The notes under the pieces were generated by a model. The model saw only the letters and a list, made by a program, of their open reading frames with translations. It was not told the DNA's origin and made no database searches. 64,000 nt of DNA from an uncultured Elusimicrobiaceae bacterium (GTDB lineage: Bacteria > Elusimicrobiota > Elusimicrobia > Elusimicrobiales > UBA9959), in the NCBI GenBank assembly GCA_964587805.1, contig CAZPMW010000001.1:4969-68968 (forward strand), in the 5' to 3' direction. The position numbers were made by a program, and so were the translations under genes. Numbering within the stretch: position 1 is the stretch's first letter; each line of letters begins with the position of its first letter. This document shows, piece by piece, positions 28,985 through 37,906 of this stretch.

Positions 28985-30292
28985 ACCGGCTCGTAGCAGT
29001 GTTTCAGCCGTTTCCAGCCCTTCCCTCACGCTCTCTTCCATGAATGAATATTTCCACGCGCCGTAGCGGCCGATGGAACAAACGCCGTGCGCTGCCAGTG
29101 CTGACAGTATCGACGGCAGGGCTTTTCTGCGCTCGGAGTCATAAATCACATAGGCGCAGGGAATGGTAAGCCAGAGCTTTTCCGCCACGGCCGCCCCGCT
29201 TTTTATTATCTTTCCTTTAACGAGACCCCGCAGGATGGCCTTCTCAGCCGAGGTCCGGTCCAGCGAGGCCCCGGCTGTGGAAATTTCAATGTAAAGGGAG
29301 GCGCAGCCACCGGGCGCAAGACGCCTGGAGAAATTAGTCGCCGTTCCGGCCCGGTAGAACAGGAATTCTTTCTCCGGGAAATATGTCCAATGCGCGGTAG
29401 AGGCCGCGCCTTTTATTCCCAGATTCAGCACGTGCACGCAATTGTGACGGAGCTTCGCTCCGAGCGCCCTGAGGCCTGCCTGCCGGGGGCCTATAAGCTC
29501 CGTGAATGATTTAAGCGGCGAGGTGTTTATCAGGCGCCTGTATTTTACTTCGCCCAGTCCGGCGATATAAGCGGTTTTTGTTTTAATATCCAGCGCTTCA
29601 AGGGCGCAGCCGGTATGCACGCCGGACAGCCCCCGCGACATGGCGTCGGTCAGGGCCTGGATGCCGCCCCTTTTCGGGTAATAGAACACCGGATTGTAGC
29701 CCATGGCGTTTCGAGAGCGCAGGTATGCGCCTTCGATGACCTCGGCTGGCGCCGGCGTGGGCACGAACGGCGCGCACCAGTCCGACGTAAGCCGGCTCAG
29801 CGGATATTGCCATAGCTTGCGGTTGTATGGGAGCATGAAATATCTGGAAATACCCGCTCCGAAGGTCTTTAAAGACCAATCCCTGAACGGCATATCCTTC
29901 TGAAGGCCTTTTCTTCCGCTTTTTCTCTCCAGGCAGGCTTTCAGAAATCCGCGTACACATTCAGAGCGGATCCGGTCAGGCAGGCCGTAAAGGTTTGCCT
30001 GGAACGGATAGGGCGTTTCAGTCCCGGCGAGATGGATCCGGGCGTCCCGCTTGATTTTCAGGTAATTGTCTTTTAGAAGGCCGAGGATCAGATCGGTGGT
30101 CTTTGCCCAGCGCAGGTGAAGCAGATGTCCGGAATGGTCAAAAGTAAAACCGTTTTTTTGTACCGAAGCGGCCAGTCCGCCCAGGCCGGTCTCTTTTTCA
30201 GCCAGGAGATAGTCCGCTTTCCCCTGAAGCGCTTTGGCCGCGGAGAGGCCAGCGAGCCCGCCGCCCACGATCAGCACATCGGTTTTGATCAT
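28973..30292 (-). CDS. FAD-dependent oxidoreductase (amine-oxidase / UDP-galactopyranose-mutase-like fold)
   Basis: N-terminal dinucleotide-binding motif DVLIVGGGLAGLSAAKAL...EKETGLGG. 439 aa. Confidence 0.65.
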   Translation of the reverse strand: MIKTDVLIVGGGLAGLSAAKALQGKADYLLAEKETGLGGLAASVQKNGFTFDHSGHLLHLRWAKTTDLILGLLKDNYLKIKRDARIHLAGTETPYPFQANLYGLPDRIRSECVRGFLKACLERKSGRKGLQKDMPFRDWSLKTFGAGISRYFMLPYNRKLWQYPLSRLTSDWCAPFVPTPAPAEVIEGAYLRSRNAMGYNPVFYYPKRGGIQALTDAMSRGLSGVHTGCALEALDIKTKTAYIAGLGEVKYRRLINTSPLKSFTELIGPRQAGLRALGAKLRHNCVHVLNLGIKGAASTAHWTYFPEKEFLFYRAGTATNFSRRLAPGGCASLYIEISTAGASLDRTSAEKAILRGLVKGKIIKSGAAVAEKLWLTIPCAYVIYDSERRKALPSILSALAAHGVCSIGRYGAWKYSFMEESVREGLETAETLLRAGSPR

Positions 30293-30393
30293 AGCAAAGG
30301 AGAGAGGCCAGGGATCAGGAAGGAAGGACCAGGGGCGGAAAGAATCGCTGCGGTTCTATTGATCCTTTGGCCTTGGTCCTTCATCTTTTCCGG

Positions 30394-31512
30394 TTAAAGA
30401 GATCCTTTAACGGCGTCGGTGACGGCCTTGATCTGCTCGTCGCTCAGCTCGGGATACATCGGCAGGGAGAAGACCGTGTCCTGCGTCTTTTCGCAGACCG
30501 GCAGATCGCCCGGCTTATAGCCCAGGTGCGCGTACGCCTTTTGCAGATGCAGGGAGACCGGGTAATAGATCTGGTTGGCTATGCCTAATTCGGTGAGGTG
30601 CTTCTGGGCGTTGTCACGCACCGCCTTAGAATTGAAGCGGATAGTGTAGTAATTGAACGAATGGCGGCAGTCAGGGCGCACTATGGCGGTGGCGCAGATG
30701 TCTTTCAGCTCGGCTGCGTATTTAGCGGCTACGGCGTTGCGCATCTCCGTCCACTTCAAGACATGCTTGAGCTTTATCGATAGTATCGCCGCCTGAATGG
30801 TGTCCAGGCGGGAGTTGAACCCCTCCATGTCATGCAGATAGCGAACCTTGCTCCCGTGGTTCCTGAGCGCCTTCAATTCCTCGTATATCTTGGGGTCGTT
30901 AGTGGTTACCAGTCCCCCGTCACCGAAGGCGCCGAGGTTCTTGGCGGGGAAGAAGCTGAAGGTGCCGCAGTCGCCGATGGACCCGGTGTATTTCCAGTCG
31001 CTGCTACCGAGTTTGTATTGGGCTGTGAAGGATTGGGCGCAGTCCTCTATGACCTTGAGGCCGTGCTTTTTTGCCAGCGCCATTATCGGGGCCATGTCCG
31101 CGGGGTGGCCGTAGAGATGCACGGGGATAATGGCCTTCGTTTTTTTAGTGATTTTTTTCTCCGCGGATTTCGGATCAATATTATAGGTGTCCGGCTCTAT
31201 GTCGGCGAACACCGGGATGGCTCCAACCTGGCTGATGGTTTCGGTGGTGGCTATGAATGTGAAGGGGGAAGTTATGACCTCGTCGCCGGCTTTTACGCCG
31301 GCCGCGATAAGCGCAAGCCTTATGGCGTCGGTGCCGTTGGCTACGCCCACTGCGTATTTAGAGCCATTAAGCGCCGCGAACTCGCCCTCAAATCTGGAGA
31401 CTTCCTCTCCAAGGATAAAATTGCCCTTATTCATCACCGTCTTGACGGCCGCCTCAGCTTCGGCTTTGATAGCGCCATAACCGGCAAGCATGTCCACCAT
31501 AGGTACTTTCAT
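30394..31512 (-). CDS. DegT/DnrJ/EryC1/StrS-family PLP-dependent sugar aminotransferase
   Basis: FILGEEVSRFEGEFA...AVGVANGTDAIRLAL...VITSPFTFIAT and the FFPAKNLGAFGDGG lysine region. Confidence 0.85.
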   Translation of the reverse strand: MKVPMVDMLAGYGAIKAEAEAAVKTVMNKGNFILGEEVSRFEGEFAALNGSKYAVGVANGTDAIRLALIAAGVKAGDEVITSPFTFIATTETISQVGAIPVFADIEPDTYNIDPKSAEKKITKKTKAIIPVHLYGHPADMAPIMALAKKHGLKVIEDCAQSFTAQYKLGSSDWKYTGSIGDCGTFSFFPAKNLGAFGDGGLVTTNDPKIYEELKALRNHGSKVRYLHDMEGFNSRLDTIQAAILSIKLKHVLKWTEMRNAVAAKYAAELKDICATAIVRPDCRHSFNYYTIRFNSKAVRDNAQKHLTELGIANQIYYPVSLHLQKAYAHLGYKPGDLPVCEKTQDTVFSLPMYPELSDEQIKAVTDAVKGSL

Positions 31513-31667
31513 ATAAGCTCCATTAACCAGTAGATGTAATAAGAATCAAAGATAACACCGGCAAGGCCCGCATTATCCGCAAATCAATTATATTAAAGTA
31601 TCCGCGGCCGCCGCAAACAGCCCGGCGCCCGGGGCGCCGGGGCAAAGATATTTCGATCAGGGATATT

Positions 31668-31676
31668 TGTTATAAT
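31668..31676 (+). promoter_or_regulatory. Extended -10 element (TGtTATAAT) 8 nt upstream of the GT2 start codon
   Basis: tgttataat at 31668-31676, ATG at 31685. There is no Shine-Dalgarno sequence in between (caaaaaca). Confidence 0.4.
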
Positions 31677-31684
31677 CAAAAACA

Positions 31685-32395
31685 ATGAAGACCAGCGTCA
31701 TAATCCCGTCGTATAACGAGATGGCCACACTGCCGGAGATCCTCAAAAGGATAGCCGCCCTGCCTATCGATAAGGAGGTCGTGGTGGTGGACGACGGATC
31801 CACTGACGGCACCCGCGAATGGCTGGATAAAGCAGCGGCAGAAAATCTTTTTTCCCTGGACCTTAAAGTACTGAAGCATGAGGTTAATACCGGCAAGGGG
31901 GGGGCGCTGCTTACGGGCTTCGCCGCCGCTTCCGGAGATATCGTTATTGTTCAGGACGCGGATCTGGAATATGACCCCCGGTACATACCTGAGATAGTCC
32001 GGCCTATCGAGGCGGGCGCGGCAGACGTGGTTTACGGCTCCCGGCTGCTGTCCGGCCGCTCGCAGACCTACAATATGATTTATCTCTGGGGCAATCAGTT
32101 CCTGACCCTGCTCGTAAACCTCTTGTTCGGCGCTAAAATGACCGATTCCTACACCTGCTATAAAGCGTTCAAAACCCCGCTTCTGCGGTCGCTCGGTCTT
32201 GAATCCCTCGGTTTTGAGATAGAAGCCGAGATCTCCTGCAAAACGGCTTTCAGAAAATACAGGTTCACTGAAATCTCCATCGTTTACGCGTCAAGATCCC
32301 GGCTGGAAGGGAAGAAGATCAATTACCGGGACGCAGTCAGGGGCGTGCTGAAGATACTGGAGCTGCGGTTCAAAAGCTTTTTTACGGATATATAG
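31685..32395 (+). CDS. Family 2 glycosyltransferase (polyprenyl-phosphate sugar synthase type, DPM1/ArnC/GtrB-like)
   Basis: SVIIPSYNE...VVVVDDGSTDGT...IVQDADLEYDP. Confidence 0.8.
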   Translation: MKTSVIIPSYNEMATLPEILKRIAALPIDKEVVVVDDGSTDGTREWLDKAAAENLFSLDLKVLKHEVNTGKGGALLTGFAAASGDIVIVQDADLEYDPRYIPEIVRPIEAGAADVVYGSRLLSGRSQTYNMIYLWGNQFLTLLVNLLFGAKMTDSYTCYKAFKTPLLRSLGLESLGFEIEAEISCKTAFRKYRFTEISIVYASRSRLEGKKINYRDAVRGVLKILELRFKSFFTDI

Positions 32396-32430
32396 GGCCG
32401 GGCGTATAAGCGTGTCCGGCGGAGGGTTTT

Positions 32431-33471
32431 GTGCGCGATCTGATAGAGAACTCAAGGCTTTACCTGCTGGCTTTCCTCGTCCCGCTGGCGCTGTCGCTGG
32501 TGCTGACGCCGCTTTTGCGGCGGCTTGCGCTGCGGCTCGGATGGGTGGACTCCCCCACGACTGATATAAAAACACATAAGCACCCCACGCCGCTGCTGGG
32601 CGGGGCCGCTATTTTCCTGGCGTTTTCTGCCGGGCTGGTCTTTATGCGGTTCTATACCTCGTTCCCCACCGGCACGCTGCGCGACCTGCGCATTATCCTG
32701 GCGGGCGGGTTCCTGATGTTCCTGACGGGGCTGATAGACGACCTTAAAAAACCTCACGGCCTCGGCTTCAGGACCAAGTTCGCGATACAGTTCGCAGTGG
32801 CGTTCGCCGCGGTCTTCTCAGGAGTGCGGATAAACTTTCTCAGCCCCGATTATCTTTCCTTCATCCTCAGCATAGTCTGGATCGTGGGAGTTTCCAACGC
32901 TTTCAACATCATAGATATTATGGACGGCCTGTCGGCCAGTCAGGCGGCGATGGCGGCTCTCGGGTTCCTGCTGATAGCGTTCCCCTCCGAGGCTATCTAT
33001 GTCAATATCTCTTCGGCCGCCCTGGCCGGCGCCGCGGTGGGGTTTTTGCCCTACAACTTCTCAAAAAAAATGAAGATCTTTATGGGGGATTCCGGCAGCC
33101 TGTTTTGCGGATTTACGCTGGCGCTTGTGGCTATGGGGACAAAATACAGCGAAGTCAATCCGCTGGGCGTCTATGCGCCGCTGTTTATCCTCGCCATACC
33201 TATTTACGACACTTTTTTTGTTTCCGTCATGCGCCTGCGGCGCGGGCACTCCCCGTTCATCGGCAGCAGGGATCATTTCGCGCTGCGTCTTGAGACGCTC
33301 GGCCTTTCCCGGCACAGGGTGGTGTTTTTGGCCGCGCTGGCCGCGCTGCTGTTCTCGGTTCTCGCCTTTCTGATAACCCAGGTCCCGCTGATGCTGGGCG
33401 CCGTCATCTACCTGATGCTGGCGATAGCGCTCCTGCTGACAAGCTCCGCCATCGCCAAAATAAAAATATAA
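32431..33471 (+). CDS. MraY/WecA-family polyprenyl-phosphate N-acetylhexosamine-1-phosphate transferase
   Basis: GTG start. Multi-TM protein with GLIDDL, NAFNIIDIMDGL and MGDSGSLF motifs. Confidence 0.8.
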   Translation: MRDLIENSRLYLLAFLVPLALSLVLTPLLRRLALRLGWVDSPTTDIKTHKHPTPLLGGAAIFLAFSAGLVFMRFYTSFPTGTLRDLRIILAGGFLMFLTGLIDDLKKPHGLGFRTKFAIQFAVAFAAVFSGVRINFLSPDYLSFILSIVWIVGVSNAFNIIDIMDGLSASQAAMAALGFLLIAFPSEAIYVNISSAALAGAAVGFLPYNFSKKMKIFMGDSGSLFCGFTLALVAMGTKYSEVNPLGVYAPLFILAIPIYDTFFVSVMRLRRGHSPFIGSRDHFALRLETLGLSRHRVVFLAALAALLFSVLAFLITQVPLMLGAVIYLMLAIALLLTSSAIAKIKI

Positions 33472-33514
33472 ACCCGGGGATCAGCCGTTCGCCGGAAGGA
33501 AACGGCAGCGCTGC

Positions 33515-34675
33515 TTAGAAGGAGTGCCGGCGCATCTCTTTAGAGAGGCCGGGGATGACGGTGGTCCTGCTGTCCGGTACGGAGCATATCTTCATAATAT
33601 CGCCGTAAACCTTTTCGAACGCCCCGACGATATCGGGATCGAAGGCTTTACCGGATTCCGCGTGGATATATTCCCTCGCTTTTTCAGGGGCCCATTTCGG
33701 TTTATAGATCCGGGGCATGCAGAGGGCGTCGAATACGTCCGCCACCGAAACTATCCGGGCGCATACCGGTATCTCTTCGCCCTTCAGGCCGGCGGGATAG
33801 CCTGTGCCGTCGAACTTCTCATGGTGGGACGCGGCCACTTTGCAGGCTGTCTGCAGCAGCAGGCTCTCGGCGCCGGAGAGTATTTTGGCCCCGTACAGAG
33901 TGTGCTTCTTCATCTCTAAGAATTCTTCGGGGGTCAGCTTGGCCGGTTTGAGCAGTATCGTATCCGGGATGCCTACCTTGCCTATGTCGTGCAGCGGACT
34001 CGCGTAGCGGATATTCTCTACTTCGCGCTCAGGCAGGCCCAGACCCTGGGCGATGAGGGCCGAATATTCGCTTATGTGCCTGAGATGGATGGCGGTATCC
34101 TGCTGGTCGCGGTATTCCGCGGTTACTGCCAGCCGGTAGATGGTCTCAAGCTGGGACTTTGAAAGGCTTTCGTAAAGCTGGGCGTTCTCGATGGCTGAAG
34201 CGGCTAGAGAGCCCATGAGCTGCAGTATCCCCTCGTCGTCGCCGTCAAAAAAACCCTCGCCTTTGTTTATCACCTCGAACACGCCGATAATCCGCCCGCC
34301 CACGTTCTTCAGCGGCACCGCGATGATGCTGCTGGTGCGGTAGCCGGTCATCATGTCCAGATCGTGGTTGAAGCGCGGGTCGCGGTACGCGTCGGTTATA
34401 TTGATGGTCAGGCCGGTGGCGGCCACATGCCCGGCTACGCCTTTTCCGAACGGAACGCGGATCTCGGTGTGATGCATTCCCTGCGCGACCCTGGACCAGA
34501 GCTCATTGGTGTGGCTATCCAGGATGAAGACGGAGCAGCGGTCGCCGTTCAGTATCTGTTTGACCTGCGCGGCAATAAGCTCCAACAGCTTTGTCAGCTT
34601 CGTCTCGGTGGAGATGAGCCCGCCGAACTTAACCAGCAGCTGGAGCCGTTTCTCATGTTCATCTGGCCTGGCCAT
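33515..34675 (-). CDS. GAF-domain / HD-GYP-domain protein (probable c-di-GMP phosphodiesterase)
   Basis: An N-terminal GAF region is followed by PLHDIGKVGIP and HHEKFDGTGYP. Confidence 0.85.
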   Translation of the reverse strand: MARPDEHEKRLQLLVKFGGLISTETKLTKLLELIAAQVKQILNGDRCSVFILDSHTNELWSRVAQGMHHTEIRVPFGKGVAGHVAATGLTINITDAYRDPRFNHDLDMMTGYRTSSIIAVPLKNVGGRIIGVFEVINKGEGFFDGDDEGILQLMGSLAASAIENAQLYESLSKSQLETIYRLAVTAEYRDQQDTAIHLRHISEYSALIAQGLGLPEREVENIRYASPLHDIGKVGIPDTILLKPAKLTPEEFLEMKKHTLYGAKILSGAESLLLQTACKVAASHHEKFDGTGYPAGLKGEEIPVCARIVSVADVFDALCMPRIYKPKWAPEKAREYIHAESGKAFDPDIVGAFEKVYGDIMKICSVPDSRTTVIPGLSKEMRRHSF

Positions 34676-34855
34676 AGCGATATTTTAGCATTTAGTTGCG
34701 CGGGGTCTCTGACCATTGAAATACCGGGATTTCCCTGCTATGCTATAGTTTAGGCTATTCAGCCGCATAAGTTTTTCCCTCCGTATTCGGGCCGACCGCT
34801 GATGTTTGCGGCTGAGTTCAAAGCTTTGTCCTTGCAGCAGATAGTGGAGATTTAT

Positions 34856-36436
34856 ATGAAAAACAATTCAACGCTCCCGGTCATTAAACGAACGATCTTG
34901 CGTGCAGCTCTTCCCGCGGCTATCGCGTTATTTTTAATGCCCCTGCCCGCAGTGTTTGGCGATAGCCCGTCCTCAGAAGCCGAAGGCAGTCTGCCATATG
35001 CGGATCCTATCTGTAATCTGATGGTGAACAACCTGAAGAAAGAAATGGCGGCAATAAACGCCTTCCTGGAGAACTGTCCGCCTGAGGGACAGGCAGCCGC
35101 AGATAAAGCCAAATGTGAAAAATACACCCGCAGGCTTGAGCTTACTGACGCTAACCTGCTCCGGGTAAAGGAACAGTGCGACAACGGCCTAACGCCAACT
35201 TCTCTGCCCAAAGTAGTGGATAATCCCGACGCGGCGGTTCCATGCGCTGGCTGCAAAGCGGGCAAAAAATTGCCAAAACTGCCGGTTGCCGGCAAGGTGA
35301 TGAATTTAAAGGCCGGCAATACGTCTTCGGGCGTGAAAGTGTACGATGGTGTAGCCCCGCTGGGCTCCAAAGACGCCCCCGCTATGGCCGCTGCGCCGGC
35401 TGCGGCCCAGCCGGCACGCGCGCCCGCGAGCGCAGGCGCCTCGCGGGCAGTAGCCGACGCTTCCAACACCACTGTGACCAATAGCCAGTCCAGGAGTGCA
35501 AGTTCGCCAAGGGCCCCGGTGCAGCCGGCAACCCAGCCGCGCGCGGCGACACCCGCAACCCCCGCCGACGCGAACCTCATTCCGCGCCCTGTCGTCTACT
35601 GGGCGGGGGGCACCGGCAACCTCTTTATCTTTTTCGGCAACTCCTTTGGCAACCTTTTAACCTCGGGCGGCGTGACCGGAGCTAACGCGGTGACAGCGGC
35701 GATGTCCTTTGTCCCCGTTGATCCTGCCATCTGGGATTTTGTCAATATTCCCTACCCTGCCGCCATTTTTCCGATGGCGTTTTCCATACAATTGGGTAAG
35801 ACAATGGTGATTCGAGCCATAAAATCGCGTCCCGGCCCCTTTGCCCTGGCCGGAACCAGCCAGGGCAGCATAGTCATGAATGAAGTTTACAAAGAGATAC
35901 GTTATGGCTCTTTACAATCAAGAAGGAAAGACCTGCTGGCAGGCTGCCAGTTCGGAGATCCGCTGCGCGAGCAGGGGATCCTGTTCCCGGGGTGTCCCGA
36001 CCCCGGCGTTTGGAATGATCCGGGGTCGCGCTCCGTCGGGCATGGGATCTTCCCGGCAGCCAAGCGGCTTAAGGGGACGGAGTCCTTCTGGCTGGAGTTC
36101 GCCAATGTCGGCGACCCTGTGTGCACTACAGGTGACGACGCCGTGGGCGTCTACTTTCAGCTCATAGGTAATTTTGTATTCCTGGGACAAATCGATGGCG
36201 ACAATTTTAAGAGCGCTTTGCGCAATATTACCGCTATCCCTAAAGTGATCGGCCGGTTGGTCGAGGCCGTGAAACAGATCACCTCGACCGGCTATGTGAA
36301 CCCCCATAACGGCTACAATACGATCCCCGCCTGGCCGGGGGCCAAAGAGACGTCTTCCCAGATAGCCGCGAGGTATCTAAACAACGTAGGACAGACCTAT
36401 TACAATAACGCCAGGCAGGCGGCCCTCAAAAAATAG
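34856..36436 (+). CDS. Secreted protein with a C-terminal cutinase/PE-PPE-like serine esterase domain
   Basis: Start at the ATG at 34856, after ggaga. Signal peptide (AALPAAIALFLMPLPAVFG). An N-terminal Cys-containing helical region is followed by a long Ala/Pro/Ser linker. The C-terminal domain carries the nucleophile elbow LAGTSQGS, FGDPLRE and GDPVC motifs, as in cutinases. Confidence 0.6.
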   Translation: MKNNSTLPVIKRTILRAALPAAIALFLMPLPAVFGDSPSSEAEGSLPYADPICNLMVNNLKKEMAAINAFLENCPPEGQAAADKAKCEKYTRRLELTDANLLRVKEQCDNGLTPTSLPKVVDNPDAAVPCAGCKAGKKLPKLPVAGKVMNLKAGNTSSGVKVYDGVAPLGSKDAPAMAAAPAAAQPARAPASAGASRAVADASNTTVTNSQSRSASSPRAPVQPATQPRAATPATPADANLIPRPVVYWAGGTGNLFIFFGNSFGNLLTSGGVTGANAVTAAMSFVPVDPAIWDFVNIPYPAAIFPMAFSIQLGKTMVIRAIKSRPGPFALAGTSQGSIVMNEVYKEIRYGSLQSRRKDLLAGCQFGDPLREQGILFPGCPDPGVWNDPGSRSVGHGIFPAAKRLKGTESFWLEFANVGDPVCTTGDDAVGVYFQLIGNFVFLGQIDGDNFKSALRNITAIPKVIGRLVEAVKQITSTGYVNPHNGYNTIPAWPGAKETSSQIAARYLNNVGQTYYNNARQAALKK

Positions 36437-36478
36437 GCGCGGATAGAAGACGCCGGAGCGTACTCTGACGTTGCGTAT

Positions 36479-37822
36479 TTATTTTGTCAGATTATCCACA
36501 AAAACGCTGTAGTGGACGGCTTTGGAGGAGGGGCATTTGGTTTTCAGCCCGGCGTTTATCTGGATGATGCAGGAGGTGCCGCCGACCAGGACGGTTCCGG
36601 CCCTGGTTGAGGCGATATTGCGTATCTTGCGGTCGCCTATTGCGTCGGACATGCCGGTCTGGGTGAAGGCGTAGGCGCCGGCGCCGCCGCAGCACCAGTC
36701 GCTTTCCGGCAGCTCAACGAAGGCGTCACCCGCTAGTTTTTTCAGCACCGCGCGCGGCTCGGAGCGGATGCCCTGCCCGTGGCAGGCGCGGCAGGAATCG
36801 TGATAGGTCACGGTCGCTCCCGCGGCCGGAGCCCGGCCGGACACCTTGTCCGCCGGCAGAGCTTCCAGAATATCTTTCACTGCCCCGGAGAAGGCTTTGG
36901 CGCGCAGGCGCCATTCCTCGTCGCCGGTGAAAAGTTGTTCATAGCTTTTCATGAAGGCCACGCAGGAGGAGCAGTCTCCGACCAGGGCGAAGTCACGGAA
37001 AGAGCCTTTCAGCTCCTCAAAGCGCAGGATGTTTTTTTTAGCGAATTCCCTGGCTTCGATCACGCGGCCATAATTGTAGGCAATCAGCCCGCAGCAGAAA
37101 TTATCAACGAACACGCCTTCTCCCAGGAAGCGCTTGAGCAGGCCTACGGTTGCTATTCCCACTTCGGGAAAGGCATAGTTGGGGCCGCAGGGGGCGAAAT
37201 ACGCCCAGGCTATCTTCTTTTTGCCCAGCGGTTTAAGAGAGGCGTCCTTGCGGAATATTTCCCGCAGAAATTTAAGAGGGGCTCCCACCGCGCCCTGCGC
37301 TGCGCCTACGGCGGACAGGCCGAGGAAGTCATACATCCCAAGCCTTTCCGCCAGCGCGGCCAGGCCCAGGCGCTTCAGCACATAACCGGATTTTAGCAGC
37401 AATTCGAACAGCACCCGTTTGTTAAGCAGCAGGTCCACGGCCAGACGGGCCGCGAACCCTCTGCCGTAGCCGTCTCTGCTGCGCCTTCCCTCCAGCACCA
37501 GATCGGGGGTCGGAACTTTGGCGTAGCAGGCTTCGGTACAGGCCCCGCACAGCAGGCAGGTGGAAAAGGACTCTTCGGCCGCGCCTATGTCGCGGGCCTT
37601 GCCCTCTATCAGCAGGCGCAGGAACTGGTTGCGTCCGCGCGAGGAGAGGGTTTCCCGCCCGGTAAGCATGTAGGTGGGGCAGACGGTTTCACAGTAGCCG
37701 CAGCGGCTGCACTGCGCTACCGCGTCGTATATCGTCCGCTCTCCAAGATCGGTCAGCAGGTGTTTCAGGTGAAAAGGTTCCTGCGTGTGATCGTAAAGCT
37801 CATTGATGTCGTACTTGCTCAT
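36479..37822 (-). CDS. glcF: Glycolate oxidase iron-sulfur subunit (GlcF-like; 2x4Fe-4S + CCG domains)
   Basis: CSRCGYCETVCP and CLLCGACTEACY ferredoxin motifs are followed by two Cys-rich CCG repeats. Confidence 0.8.
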   Translation of the reverse strand: MSKYDINELYDHTQEPFHLKHLLTDLGERTIYDAVAQCSRCGYCETVCPTYMLTGRETLSSRGRNQFLRLLIEGKARDIGAAEESFSTCLLCGACTEACYAKVPTPDLVLEGRRSRDGYGRGFAARLAVDLLLNKRVLFELLLKSGYVLKRLGLAALAERLGMYDFLGLSAVGAAQGAVGAPLKFLREIFRKDASLKPLGKKKIAWAYFAPCGPNYAFPEVGIATVGLLKRFLGEGVFVDNFCCGLIAYNYGRVIEAREFAKKNILRFEELKGSFRDFALVGDCSSCVAFMKSYEQLFTGDEEWRLRAKAFSGAVKDILEALPADKVSGRAPAAGATVTYHDSCRACHGQGIRSEPRAVLKKLAGDAFVELPESDWCCGGAGAYAFTQTGMSDAIGDRKIRNIASTRAGTVLVGGTSCIIQINAGLKTKCPSSKAVHYSVFVDNLTK

Positions 37823-37906
37823 AAGGTTGTGAATCGTAAGATGTAAATCGTGAGTCGCAAAGCGCCAATAGTTGCAACCGCATCAGTAAAACCTGTAAAT
37901 ATAAAG

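Noticed and set aside
33484-33506. The hairpin gccgtt-N11-aacggc between the convergent WecA-like and HD-GYP genes, as a terminator.
   Set aside because: The stem is only 6 bp with an 11-nt loop, and there is no U-tract on either strand. This is too weak to call.
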